Of a stretch of 64,000 nucleotides of DNA, positions 43,186 through 55,948 are shown in pieces. Below the pieces are notes generated by a model that was given only the letters and a program-made list of their open reading frames with translations, was not told the origin of the DNA and ran no database searches. Position numbers and translations under genes: made by a program. The DNA is from the human T2T-CHM13v2.0 reference genome, Homo sapiens. Numbering within the stretch: the first letter of the stretch is position 1; each line of letters opens with the position of its first letter. The stretch is taken from NCBI RefSeq assembly GCF_009914755.1, contig NC_060937.1. One strand, given 5' to 3'.

Positions 43186-45659
43186 GCCTTCTTCAATTTA
43201 TCTCAGTAACGTTCTCTAGATTTTAGTATAAAGATTTTGCACATCTTTTGTTGGATGTACATGAAACTTCGAGCAAATACCTATCTTTCAAAATTGCAAG
43301 AGATATAAAAAGAAATTTTGAAATACGTGCCCTGACTTCAAGATGCTTTGGTCCAATAGTAGAACTCAGTTGCAGAAAAATAGAAGCCTGAATATTAATG
43401 AAGCCATCATTGTGTGATAGTAGGCAATGAGAAAAGAAAGAAGCAAGCAATTGAAATGAGCTGAAATTGTTGACAGGGATGCCTCACAGAGGATCTTGAA
43501 GATTTGAGATGAGCTTGAGGGAGGAATAGAAGTTAGACAGTGGAATGGAGGGAAGCATTCCAAGAGGGGAAACTGGAATGAGTAAAATTTTGAGATTAGA
43601 ATGAACTCAGCATGTTAAGGGATTAAGAAGACACTGGTTGACTAAAATGTACACTCTGATTCATGAGTTGGGGGAGATAAGCTAACATCTTGTGCTTAGA
43701 GGCACATAAACAAAAGAAGGAAGAGTTTCAAGTCCAGCTTGCTGGTGAAGGTTGGTATTCTGGCCCCTGGAAGGTAACTCAGCAGGTATTTACGTATCCT
43801 TGCTTGACACTAACTGGCAATCATATGGCTGCTTTTAACAACTTCCAGATAGGAGCTGATAAGGACTCTTACACTCACACTTGAACGAGAGTACCTATCC
43901 AAGAAGGCCTCTAATCTGAAAATGAAATATGTCTTATAGACTGTATAATCCAGAGAGCCTTTCATAATAAGCCAGCACTCAAGGACCAGCCAAAAGGCTT
44001 AGATCCAGCAGCTACCACCAAGTGCTTCTGAGAGGGCTACAGTTGTAAAACCAAGTGGTGATAAATACTCAATGTCCCATCAGCAACAACTGGACTTCCT
44101 AGAAGCAATGGAGCTGGAGGTTGGCCTTCAAATCTTAGATCACTTAATAGGTTTTTGTTGCCCTATTTCCATCCCAACTGGGACATAGTCTTGCCAATAG
44201 CAAAAAAGAAATCAGCAGTCCTGGGGCAGGTCTGAAACACATGGAGGCAGGTCCTCAGGCCTCCTAGGAGCTACTGGAATGAGTAAGGAGTGGAATAGTC
44301 AGAACTGAGTTCAAATGATAAGATTCCTAATGGGACATGAGCATGCATTTTGCCAAGATTTTGTCTAATTTTGGAACTCAACTGGAAACTTCTGAACGTC
44401 ATGTTCCATTTGGCTCTGGCAAAACACAGTTCTGCATTGCTTTGTGTTTATTTTATCCCTCAAGATCAGAGCATAATTTACTTGTAGCTAGAATTTTGTA
44501 TTGAGTACAAACCTCCATTTAGAAAAACAAGCTGATATATATTTTTTCCTTGTGGGTCCCTAGGGGGGAAAATGATGTACACAATGGAGAAAGGTTCCAC
44601 TAGAAAAAAACATGCATACCCAATATAGAAATTTTACGCAAACAGAAGCACCCAGAGGAGAAATATTTTATAAAGCCTAAAGTATGATGAGTCCTCAAAC
44701 TTGGCATAAAGTAGTAGAGATTAGATCCAGAAAATCCTCAGGACTCTCCTACATTTAGCCAGAACAACATCTTCTCTAGCACCTCCTCCTTGTGAAAATT
44801 TCTTACCATATTTAAACAAATACTTTGAGAAGATATATTATAACTTCCCTTGGAACTATGTCCTCCAACACTTACAATAAGGATGCTTCCGTATAGGTAC
44901 CATTCCCATTTTTATCTCATGTTTGGTTGACTCTCAAATGAACATCTTGGTCTTTATTGGTACAAAACCAAATTCTCCTATAGCTAAAGTACACTGGGGC
45001 CTACAATAAGACAAAACCTGAAAAGAACTGGGGATAAAATTGTATTTATCGGGACTCTTTCAGAACTCCAGATTAAAATAAGCAAAACAAAACCAAAAAA
45101 AGATGGTTTATTGACTCATGTAGCTAAACAGTCTTCTCTACCGCCTCCAGTTGGAAAGACCTCAGGGAATGACTCTGATTGGCCCAGCTGAACCATGTGC
45201 TAAAGTGTGGCCCAACCACTGTGGCTGGGCCCAGGTCACATGCCCACATGGCATGTGATCAGGCAAGTGGATATATTTCCAGAAGAAAATGGGATTGTAG
45301 ATGGCCACCTAGGGAAACTTGAAAGAAGCAAAAAGAAATGCTCTTACGAAGCCTTGAAGCTAACATGTTAGGATTTCAGAGAAAGCATTATTTCTTTGAA
45401 AAAGACAAGGTGTCAACAAAAGAGGATACCATCATCATCAGTGGTGCACTAGCACTGATTATCCATGATATCTGTTCTAGAATGCCACAGCTACTTCCAC
45501 TGTGGACATCTTAGGGGAACGAAAAAGGCAGCATACCATAATGACTAAGGGCACAAACTCGGATTCTAGCAGACTCAAGTTCATATCCTAGCAGTGTCAC
45601 TTGTTGGCTTTGGTATATGGGCAAGTTACTAACCCTGTGTAAGCATCAGTATTCTTACT

Positions 45660-45692
45660 TCATCATCACCATCATTATCATCATCATCATCA
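45660..45692. repeat. (CAT)n imperfect trinucleotide repeat
   Basis: catcatcaccatcattatcatcatcatcatca. Confidence 0.9.
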
Positions 45693-47179
45693 AGAGTGCC
45701 TAGGAAATTCAAGGCGAGACAGTTTTGTGATGAATGATAGTGATGATGTTCCATTCTACCATCTTTATGGAATAAGAAACATTTCATTATATATCCTCTC
45801 CACTGATATGCAACCCTATCCCTTTAGTTAAATATGTTTCAAACCTCCCTCTTCCACTTTCCATAATTTCTCTTCTTATCCACTGAGGCATAAAATACTA
45901 ATATATCTAGGTAGGAAAAGGAAGATAATGGTACCCTTGATACTTGATGTAGCCTTTCCAAAAGCGATTTCACAGGCAATTGAGGTCCAGGAAATTGCAG
46001 TCTTAGGAGGTGTCTATGCTATGAGCAACAAAGGATAACTCCTCAGAGGGTTATTAAAACAGTTGACCAACTTCTGGAACCAATTGGCAAAGTAATGTAT
46101 AACCCCACCAGACTATGTTGCAAAGGATGCAACTGCAAGGACATATAGGAAAAGTTGGAGTCTTCAAAAAATGTGCTTCTACCTCATTAACTCTATTATA
46201 TCTTACTTTTCATGAAACTTTCCAGTGAAGCCTCCAGAAAGGGGAACGTCTCAACCAAGACTGATTCCTTCACTTCCACTGTAGCTGTCAGGAATCCTGT
46301 AGCCTGTAGATTTCAGATGTAGAATTTTTTCAATTAAGAAAAAGAGTTGGGGACAGGAAAATAGGTTACTCTTTGAGTTTGTCCTCCATGCTGTAATCAA
46401 TGTCTATGATACCAATGACTCAGGGTTCAAAGTCTTATGTTTTAAAAGAAAAATTTTCCTATTTTTTTTCTTTTAATTGTGAAAGGCAGATAGAATAACA
46501 TCTTGTATCTATATAGAATAGGTCCTTGGAAAGTGCTACAAATAATGCCACTCTCTCCCCCCCCTCAAGAATTCCTAATGGAAGCAACATATTTTCCTCA
46601 CACCACTTTTATAGATTATATAGTCTGTCAGAAGTGTTGTAGAAGCCAGAATCTGGGTTTTCTTTGGATTCAAAATGTAGTGTTAGGTTTCCTTTCTATT
46701 AGAAAAACAACATTTCTAAGCAAAAATGGGCTTTCATGCATGGTGTTCAACGTAATTGCCATGAGAAGGAACTCAGTTAAGACGTCTTGCTTTTCAAAAC
46801 TGTAAAATCAACATTTTCCCATTTTCTTAAGCACTCTTTACACCCATAACTGTAATGGTGGTTTAGTATTCTGTCCATATCAAAGTTATGTGCTCACAGT
46901 AAGCATTGCTCTGTGAAACTCATGTGTATCTTCAGTCACAATCCATTTCTTCCTGTGTGTTGCAGTCTTTAATGCATGGAAGCCACATATTGAGTCCAAC
47001 ATTATCTTATCTTCAGATGAGAAATAAGCTAAGGCTCAGAGAAGCTAATGAAGTCAGTGATTTATATAGAGTTACACAGGTAATTAGTGGCATTTAAGTG
47101 ACAAGAAGGTTCTAGTTTCTAGGTTTTTTTTTTTTTTTGTCTTTGTTTATGGCATTATTACAGTGCTGGACTTCTCAGA

Positions 47180-47795
47180 GTAAAATAGCTGCTGTAACAA
47201 ATGAGGCCCTTGATGCTTAATTGCTTAACACAATAAATGTTTATTTATCACGGATGTGACAATACAATGTGGGTTTTCAGCAGGTGATGGCTCTCCTCCA
47301 TACAGTGTCTCAGGGACCCAAGTCCTTCCAGTTTGTGGCATCACCATCTGAGGGTAGTGGTTCCCAGCCAGGGGTGACTTTGCCCCCTGGGGCACATTTG
47401 GCAATGTCTGGAGGTATTTTGATTGTCGCTACTTAGCGAGATTCTCTTGGCATCTAATGGGTAGGGAGCAGGGATGCTGCTAAACATCCTATAGTACACA
47501 GGATGGCCCCTACGACAAAGTATTTTTTTGGTCCAAAATGTCATTGGTGCTAAGGTTGAGAAACGCTGCCCAAGGGATGTGTCATCTTCTGTACGTAGCC
47601 AGCTAAACTATAAGAGAGGGAATTGATAAGACTGAGCCACTTTGTAAATGTCTTGACCTGGATCAATATAGTCATGAAACTCCTGCCCAAATGCAAGAGG
47701 GGTTGAGAAATTAGTCTGAGGGGGCAGCTGTTTCCAGCAACAACTCTTCTTTAGGGAGCAAGAACTTCTGGTGAACATCTAGTCAGTCATCCTGT
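47180..47795 (-). mobile_element. MLT1 (I/J-like) LTR split by MER20
   Basis: gctgctgtaacaaa...gcttaacacaataaatgtttattt...ctcagggaccca. Confidence 0.6.
47355..47568. mobile_element. MER20 hAT-Charlie MITE
   Basis: agtggttcccagccaggggtgactttgccccc...catttggcaatgtctggag...gatgctgctaaacatccta...aaggttgagaaacgctg. Confidence 0.9.
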
Positions 47796-47899
47796 CATGG
47801 TGGCACTGGTAAAATTTGAACCATATATTTGCCTGCTTGCTCACGACATTGCTGAAGCATCAATGGGGCTAATAAAACTGAGAAGAAATAAACACAGCC

Positions 47900-49035
47900 C
47901 TAACCTCCTCCTTAGGCTCCAGATTCTTCTGTCCAGTGTCCTATTAAATACACCGTTAAGTGTCAAAAACAACACAGCCAAATAGAACTTTTTATCTTCC
48001 CACCAAAATTCTATTCCTCTCATCTTTCCTCTCTCAGCAAATGACAACATTAGTCTAATCTATTCCCTACTTTCCTACACCCTCATTCAGTTGTTTAGCA
48101 ACACTTCCTAGCTCTACCTGCAACATATGTCCCTGCAAGTATGACCATAGACCACCATCTCTGGCCTGAACTATTGCCATAACCTTCTAATTGGCCTCAC
48201 TGCTACCTCTCTTATCCTACTTGTCTATTCATCCACAGGAACCAGGGAAGTCTTTATAACTGTAAAGAAGATTATTTCTTCATAGTTGGTGCCAGCCCAC
48301 TGTCTTGGGTGGCTTGGCACATGCCCGAATAAGATTATGTGAGACCCATTCACTTCATCCATTCTTTCTTTAGGGATGGCAGACTCCCTCCATCATGCTT
48401 ATAAGTCCCTAGACCTGCTTCTGGAACTGTTTTGGTGGTCTTTACATTCACCATGGTCACTTTCTGCGTACCTTTCTGGGTATGTGGAATGCATTGTGAA
48501 AGCAGAGAGTTAATTTGGCTAAACAGATAGGCTAATTTGTACAAATCTATCATCCTCACTATAATCTATGAAGCCCATCTCCTTCCAGCCTCTTTTACTT
48601 CACGGCAGACACACTGGCATGCTCTCTGTCCCTCTGCCGTGCCAGCTCCTCTTGGTCTCTGGCCTCCATGTCTGGTGTTGCTTTTCCTTTTGGAAAGGGA
48701 CACTCCTGCCCAGATGCCCACACAGCTGCCTCCTTCTCACCACTCCAGCCCCAAGTGGCAGCTCCTTGAAAGGGAGGACACTCCTGAAGATGCACCTCCA
48801 CAAACCCCCATCCCAGCCCTGTTTCATTGTCTCCATGGCATTTAACACCCTCTGGAACTGGAGTGCATTATTTGTTTGTTAATGCACTATTTCTTCCCTG
48901 ACTAATAGAAGCTCCATGAGGGCAGGGCTTTGCTGGTCCTGTCCCCTGCTGTATCTCTGGCTCCAAAGGAGTGCCTGGCATGTAGTCGCTAACAATACAC
49001 AGTCAATACACAGTTGTTGAATCAATGAATGAACA
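47900..49035 (+). mobile_element. L2 fragments ending in a (TGAA)n tail
   Basis: ccaccatctctggcctgaactattgc, aagctccatgagggcaggg, gtgcctggcatgtag, gttgaatcaatgaatgaa. Confidence 0.65.
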
Positions 49036-49755
49036 AGAGAATATCAGTGCCCTAGCGGACAAGGATATGGAGAATATGAGGTTTTGCCCTAGCTCTGCAA
49101 CAGATCTCCTGAAGTTCACAAATCAGTCACACAGAACACACTCCATTCCTGCCCCCTACCAACGTGTTTTCTCATTCAGAAAAAGAGCTAACCATAGAAA
49201 CGTCCTAGGAACACATAGACGAATCCTCAGATTATGCAATGAATTCTCCCTAGAGCCAGCAGATGGCTGTCACTGGTGGGTCACTTCAGAAACCTTTTGT
49301 GTTTTACGTGCCCACAAGTGACCTGTGACATGCTCTCCTAGGACCTGTGCATGGAATTGCCATTGCTTGGGGGAGAACTGATGGCTTCATTTGGAAGAAA
49401 AGTTGTTTTGATCCTTCCTGCCCCACTCCCTACCTAACCTCTCATTCTCTTTTTCTCTATCATATTCGGGCTGCCCTCTCATCTTCACTATCAGCCAAGA
49501 TAATCTGTACTTCTAAAAACTGTCATAATCTGAAAAACAGGTCTCCCTGGAGGGCTTTGTGGCTGGCCAACCGGCTTCGTCCCTGGGGCCCCACTGGGGT
49601 GGAGATGCCGTCGGCACACACGCATGGCCGGCAGCAGCCTTGCCTTTGATGTGTCCATCCATCCATCTGCATTGTCTTTTACAGATTAATTTCTCCATTC
49701 CTTCAATTAACAATTATTGATTGAGAGCCAAACTAGGTTTGCAAATGGATACAAG

Positions 49756-50808
49756 CAGAGGAAAATTCACCTTGAAGTTAATGAAGTCTAAGCTCCAGAG
49801 CCCATGGTCACATGAGTTTTACGAACTTTGCAAAAGTTCGTAATATTTTAACTGTAATCAGCTAAGGCTGAAATATTTTAACTGTAATCAGCTAAGGCTA
49901 TCTCTTCCACTGTGACGTCCTCTCCACACACTGGCAAGTCCCTTGCGTAGGGTTGCTTTGGAGTCGCCACTACAGCATTTTTGGAATTCTGCTGAGGCCA
50001 AGTTGAGATGGAGATATGTTTAGTTTGGGCTTAGAGGATAAACAGTGTTTACACGGTTCACAGTCACCTCTGTATATAGTTAAGTTATTGCTAACATGGT
50101 GGTGTAGGAATTGCTTCTAAAAATACTCCTATAACTCGTGTCAACTTAACCAGCATCACGATTTGGAGGCACATGGACAGAAGTCATATCATGATATAAA
50201 TGTGTTGCTGTGCAGAATCTGGCCCTGAAAATATGTGGGAAATGGAGGATCAAGGTTCAAGATTTTGGAGGCAGGTACTGGTCTGTGGGAATTTCTCCAG
50301 TCATCAAAATTACAAGCAGAGATTTGAATTTTCAGGAACATGTATTCAAAAGGATAATTCTCTCTGTCTCTTCAGGGCACAAAAATATAGTGGCACTAGC
50401 GATAGCAGATTGGCCTTATGTCAGTCACATGTTTATGTATTGAATTTAAAATGTAAAAGAATTTCTTTGGATCAGCCATGTTAGACGGGCTGATCAGAGA
50501 AGACTGCATTATCTTTCTATCATTTCTTCTTTAAAATTGTCGTCCTATGAAGAGGCCATTAAAGAGTGTGTAGCCAAAACGGTGTGAAGAGAACAATGGA
50601 AGCATGTCATACAGAGGTATGTCAGGAAGTTAATAAAAACAGTATGCTATGTTTCCAGATTTTTGTGATGTTTGTGGTATTTGTCAGCATTTTAAAATCT
50701 GTAATTTATTTTGGTTTCTTTCCTTATTCTGAATAAATATTTACTTTTCTTAAGCGAGGTCCCCACAGTTGATCAGCCGCATGCCCCAGGAGACCGGGCT
50801 GGCTCCTG
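49756..50808. mobile_element. MER115/Zaphod-like hAT-Tip100 element
   Basis: 5' end cagaggaaaattcaccttgaagttaatgaagtctaagctccagagccc and 3' end ...gaggtcccca...ctggctcctg resemble recalled Zaphod/MER115 termini. Confidence 0.6.
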
Positions 50809-50911
50809 AATATAGATACAAATGATGTGCTTCTGGTCATTAAAGAGCTTGCAATAAACATTCAACAAGTCCCACATAGAAAAAGCATAGAAAAAAGCAA
50901 GAAAAGATTAG

Positions 50912-51249
<338 letters not shown>

Positions 51250-54200
51250 AAATTGGACTTTTAACATTTATCCTCAAGAGGAAAATGAATGGGCTAAATT
51301 ATAATGTCGAAGTATAGGTCAAATTTGGCAACTCTCCTCTTCCCTCTTAGCCATGACGATAATGAAAAAAGCCAGCAAGTGTGACCAGGCTGAGAGACGC
51401 TTGACCAAGGTGTCTTCTCGGGGCGCATGCTGACAGGTCGTAAGGGGGCTCCCAGCTGATCTCCCCAGGTCAGTCACTCTGAAGGCTGACAACAAGTTGG
51501 AAGCTGGAAGACACTGAATGCAGTTGCGGCATGGCGCACGTGGATCTCTCTAGAAGCCGAGTGTCCAGGACCTTTCTTCCTTCCCTGCTCAGACCACAGT
51601 AATTTTTCTCCTGGTTTCCAATCACTCTGTGAGCCTTCAACTTGGGAAACTCGAACTGCACATTGAGGGCCACACTGCCTACCCCACCCTTTAAGCTGCC
51701 ACCGAGTTGTTTGCATACCATCGAATGTAGCCAGCTCGCCAACTGACCGCCGACTGTGGCTACCACCCTGGGAAACAAAATGAAGCATGTCATAGTTTTC
51801 CGATGAAAGACAATCAAAGATGCAAAAGGATCACAATTGCAACAGTGTGAGAAGCAGCCAGCAAATAACCATTCACTATGGAGTGGGTGACCTTTTCATT
51901 GAAAGCAACAGCTATGACTAAACAGCCTCTTACAAGAGGGTGTTGCAACTGAAATTCTCTAGGCCTGACTCGTGGCTTTTCAACCTTGGTCCAGGCTCCT
52001 CTCCACCTGGTGGGAGAGCAGGTTGTCTCTCACAACAAACTCTGGGAAAGCCCCGCCCCAGGCCTGCCTCAGAACACAGGAACATGCTGCCAGTGTTTTC
52101 CTTTATCATTTAAAGTTTGTTTGTGTGCTGGGCAAGGAGACGCTTGCAAGCAGGTTCTTGAACTGGGTGTAATGAAAGCTGTAGGGATCGCATGGCGCCC
52201 TAGACCCACTGCCAAGGCCAAGGGGAGAGACAAAGGCTTAATGGAAGAAAGTGGCTGCAGCTGCTCTCCAAAGCTGTCATTACTTTCTTGCTGGAAACTT
52301 TGAAATATTATTTGTTTCCTGTTTCGAACTTCTGGAGATATACCATCCCAGTACCATGATTAAGGGCAATAGTGTCACAGGGAGGTGGGCTGGCCTCTGC
52401 GTTTTTCATGTGGGCTTTTCCATCTTTAATACTATATTGCTTTATAAATGTCTTTTTGTCTGTAGATATCTTCTGATCCCTGCCCCCGCCACTCCCAACT
52501 CCTGGCTTCTGATGTGAAATGAGAGACTTAAAGTTGATCAAGTTCATGCCGATGTTTAATTCAGACTCAATGTTTTTCTGAAGTCTAAAATCCTTTGAAT
52601 CCGATGGGAGAGAAGAAGGAAGTGAAACTGGATAGTGTAAATAATTTGTAGTTAGAGCTGAGATTTATGAGGGGAATTGCCGCACAGAGCTTGGTGTTGA
52701 ATGTCTCTTTGGGCCCTGGGAGACAAATTCTCCACTTGACTGCACGTAGGTCTCCCACCCTTCTGCTGGCACCAGGAGGCAGAGGGGTCTATACCCTTCC
52801 AGGGTGTGGGAACATGTATGAGGGCCCCAAGAGCCTGGACCCTGGAGAGCTAGAGGAGGATGGGGTGTTGCTGTATAAAGTAATTGGCATGTGGCTCTTC
52901 ACGATGAAAAAAAGAGATTTTGTGGCAGGAAGAAAGCAAAAGAGGAGGGAGGAGAGAAGGAACCATAGATTCTGAGAAACACACCAGGATGACTAGGCCT
53001 GGAGGAGTCCAGGGTGGGCCTCAGACCCTCACTTCTTGTCTGGCACCTCCCATTGCCAAAAATGCAGACTTCAGAGTAGGACCATTTTTGGAGCCATGTA
53101 TAAGAAACAGATTTCTATATAGGTCAGGCCTTGCTAAAATTCATTTTGAGAAGTTCAGAGATGGAATGGAGCAAGACAAAATTGAAATTCTAGCATCCTT
53201 TTCCTCATACAATTCACCCCTTGTTTTATGAAGATGTGGGACAAACTGAATGAATGTAACTTGCTTAAAAGAGCACCTGACACACATGGATGCTATGGAA
53301 GCACCATTCGATTCCATGCTTTAACTATAAATGATTATTGTTATTATTACTATTATTGTATCTTGACTCTGCTTTCAAAGAGCTGATTTGAACATAACAA
53401 GTAGGTAAGGAAATTGCAACCCATCTTCTTGCTTTTCACAGTTATTGCACATAAATAGCCAAAACAATAAGCTAAATGAGACTGTGTTGCTGAGATTAGA
53501 CCTTTCAGGGAAGTAGGAGGCCCACTGAAAACAAGGACAAACCTTGTTGGGTGCTTGCGGGTGAGAGTTGCTGTTTGCCTAGACTCCCTGCCACACACAC
53601 TGTAGGGGTCTGAACCCCAGATCTGAACTCTGCACCCATGAATTATCTAGCTGTAGAAATTACTGAGGACCTCTGAGCCACCATTTCCCCTTTTACAAAT
53701 GGATATGATTAAACCACCACCTCCCAGGAAAGAGGAGAAGACTGAGTGACCAGCTAACTCCCACCTCTCAAAGGATCGTATGAGGTTCTAGCAACCCGAG
53801 TTTATAATGGAACAAAAAAGAATAGGAAAGGCAAAATACACACCAAGGAATGACATACAACCAATTTACTCACAGTTAACTTCAGCATAAATGTATACAC
53901 ATAATCAGTTACAATTAATATCCACATCGAACTAGGGAGTACATGATTCTGGTGTTCTTTCCAATTCCTTCTCAGTGAGGGATCTCAGGAGAGCTTGGTC
54001 TATGTGTGCCTAATCCTACAGGAACACCTCTGCCCTGGCCCTTTTAAAACCCTCTTTCTTCTACATTCATCACGTGGTTCTCTGTGGCCTCTGGTCCTCC
54101 CTATATCCCCCACTAGTATCTGGCTCATGATGGGCCACTTGGGACCATCTAGGACCAGTTTTCTATTGCAGCCAATTCTTAATGCTTGAAGTTCAGAGTT

Positions 54201-55794
54201 TAAGAATCATCACCATTTTCTCTCACCATTGCTGGCCCCAAATCCGTTTTCTCTCAGTACACTGAGAATAGTCTCATAGGGTTGTTAAAAAATAATATTT
54301 AATCCAGTTAGCACAATGCCTGCCACCTATATAGTAAGCATTTTTTATGTCAGCGATCATCATCCTCCTCTTCCTTATTCAGCTACTTGTTAAGGTGGTT
54401 CCCAAAGATGCCCTTCAAAACAACCTCCAGCAATTTCTCTTCACATTAAGAGAAGATGGTTTTATGAATCACCCTGAATTTGGCAGGAAAAAGACAACTT
54501 TCAAGTGGAGAGTTACAAACAAAGCAAAAAATCAATTCCCTGATGATGCAAAAGTCATCTACTTTTTGTCTACTTTTTCAGTCCCACTTTAAACCCATCC
54601 AAGTGTAGTTTTGTTGTTTGATTACTTAATGCCACACAAGCAGGTGCTTCTGAGGAGTTAATTTACCTTCAAAGGGCCAGCCTAGCATCTTTATCCTAAA
54701 TTTGTAAGGGAACGAACATAATCTCATTTTAACACATTAACATTCTGCTCATCAGAGCTACTTAAATGCTAAGTTTAGGGAGCACATGGTGGCCCAGATT
54801 CAGTTCACACTTTGAAGTGGAAACCAGAAGAAAACGACAGGTTTTCTATGGATGTGGCATCCTCAGAGTTGGTTTGTAAACCAGCTACTGCTGGGATCAT
54901 GATGTTTGGGATCACACCCCAGACCAGAGCACAGCAACATTAAGAAGGGGGCAGCATATTCAGTTGTGCTGTAACTGACTTGACATGAGGTGGTGGGGAT
55001 GACTCCTGCAAAGGAGAACTAAACACCATGCATGAATTAAGACCCTGTATTTAGCAGACAAGAGTACTTCATCCACCAGGAAGAAAAGTATTAAGCACAG
55101 GGATGATTTCTCAGATTCTATCTGTTTGGTCAGCATCTCCCCTGAGATTTTGCAATTCGCTTTGTTTTGATTCTGTGATCACTGAGCAAGCTTCTGACTG
55201 TTACTTCAGTCACCCCAGGCACCTTAATACTCAAAAGGGGTATCTTGGGTCATAGAAATAAATATCTCAGTTACTGGGACGGTAGTGCCTCTCATTTTAT
55301 AGGAATAAATTTGTTTTGTTGCATATACATCAATTTTCTGTGAGTTTAGCATGATTCAGTCCCTCATGGTCTAGTAAGCTCCAAGTTCACTTCAACAATA
55401 GAGGGTTTCTATTAGAAAGTTGAGAACCAAACTTTAAATCAGCATTTCATTTAACTCTATTGTGCCTCGGTTTCCTTACCTATAAAAGCATAGAAAAACA
55501 ACAGCACCCACTTTAAATGGTTGTTGTGAGGATTCACGATTTAATAGATACACATTATTCATGTGTATGTATGTATATGAAATGATTTAACATATGGAAA
55601 GTACTTTGGATGGCGCCTGTTTTTCATAGTGACCCACAGGTGCTACCCACTTACAAAGAATGTCCTGCTAAAAGCAGCCAGCTGTCATCTCTCCTTCCTA
55701 AACTTTCTTGCACAACCCTCAAAGAACTTACCTCTTTTAGCCACTCCACTGTGAAAACTAGAGGCTTCAAATAAAAGCTATGCTGAGAATGGCT

Positions 55795-55948
55795 TTGGCT
55801 TCATAAGCACATGACTTGTATGATTGTATAGGGCCTGAGTTTGGTTTGATGCTCACCTGTTGCCATTTAGAAATTATTAATAATTTTTCAACAGAGGCCT
55901 GACATTTTTATTTTGCACTGCACCCTACATATTACGCAGCCAATCCTA
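55795..55948. mobile_element. MER91A-like MITE (second copy)
   Basis: tttggtttgatgctc...gaaattattaataatttttcaaca...atttttattttgcactg. Confidence 0.65.

Noticed and set aside
45925-46040. Short frame MVPLILDVAFPKAISQ..., vaguely like a CR1/L3 RT LDFxKAFD motif
   Set aside because: Similarity too weak and no other RT motifs nearby
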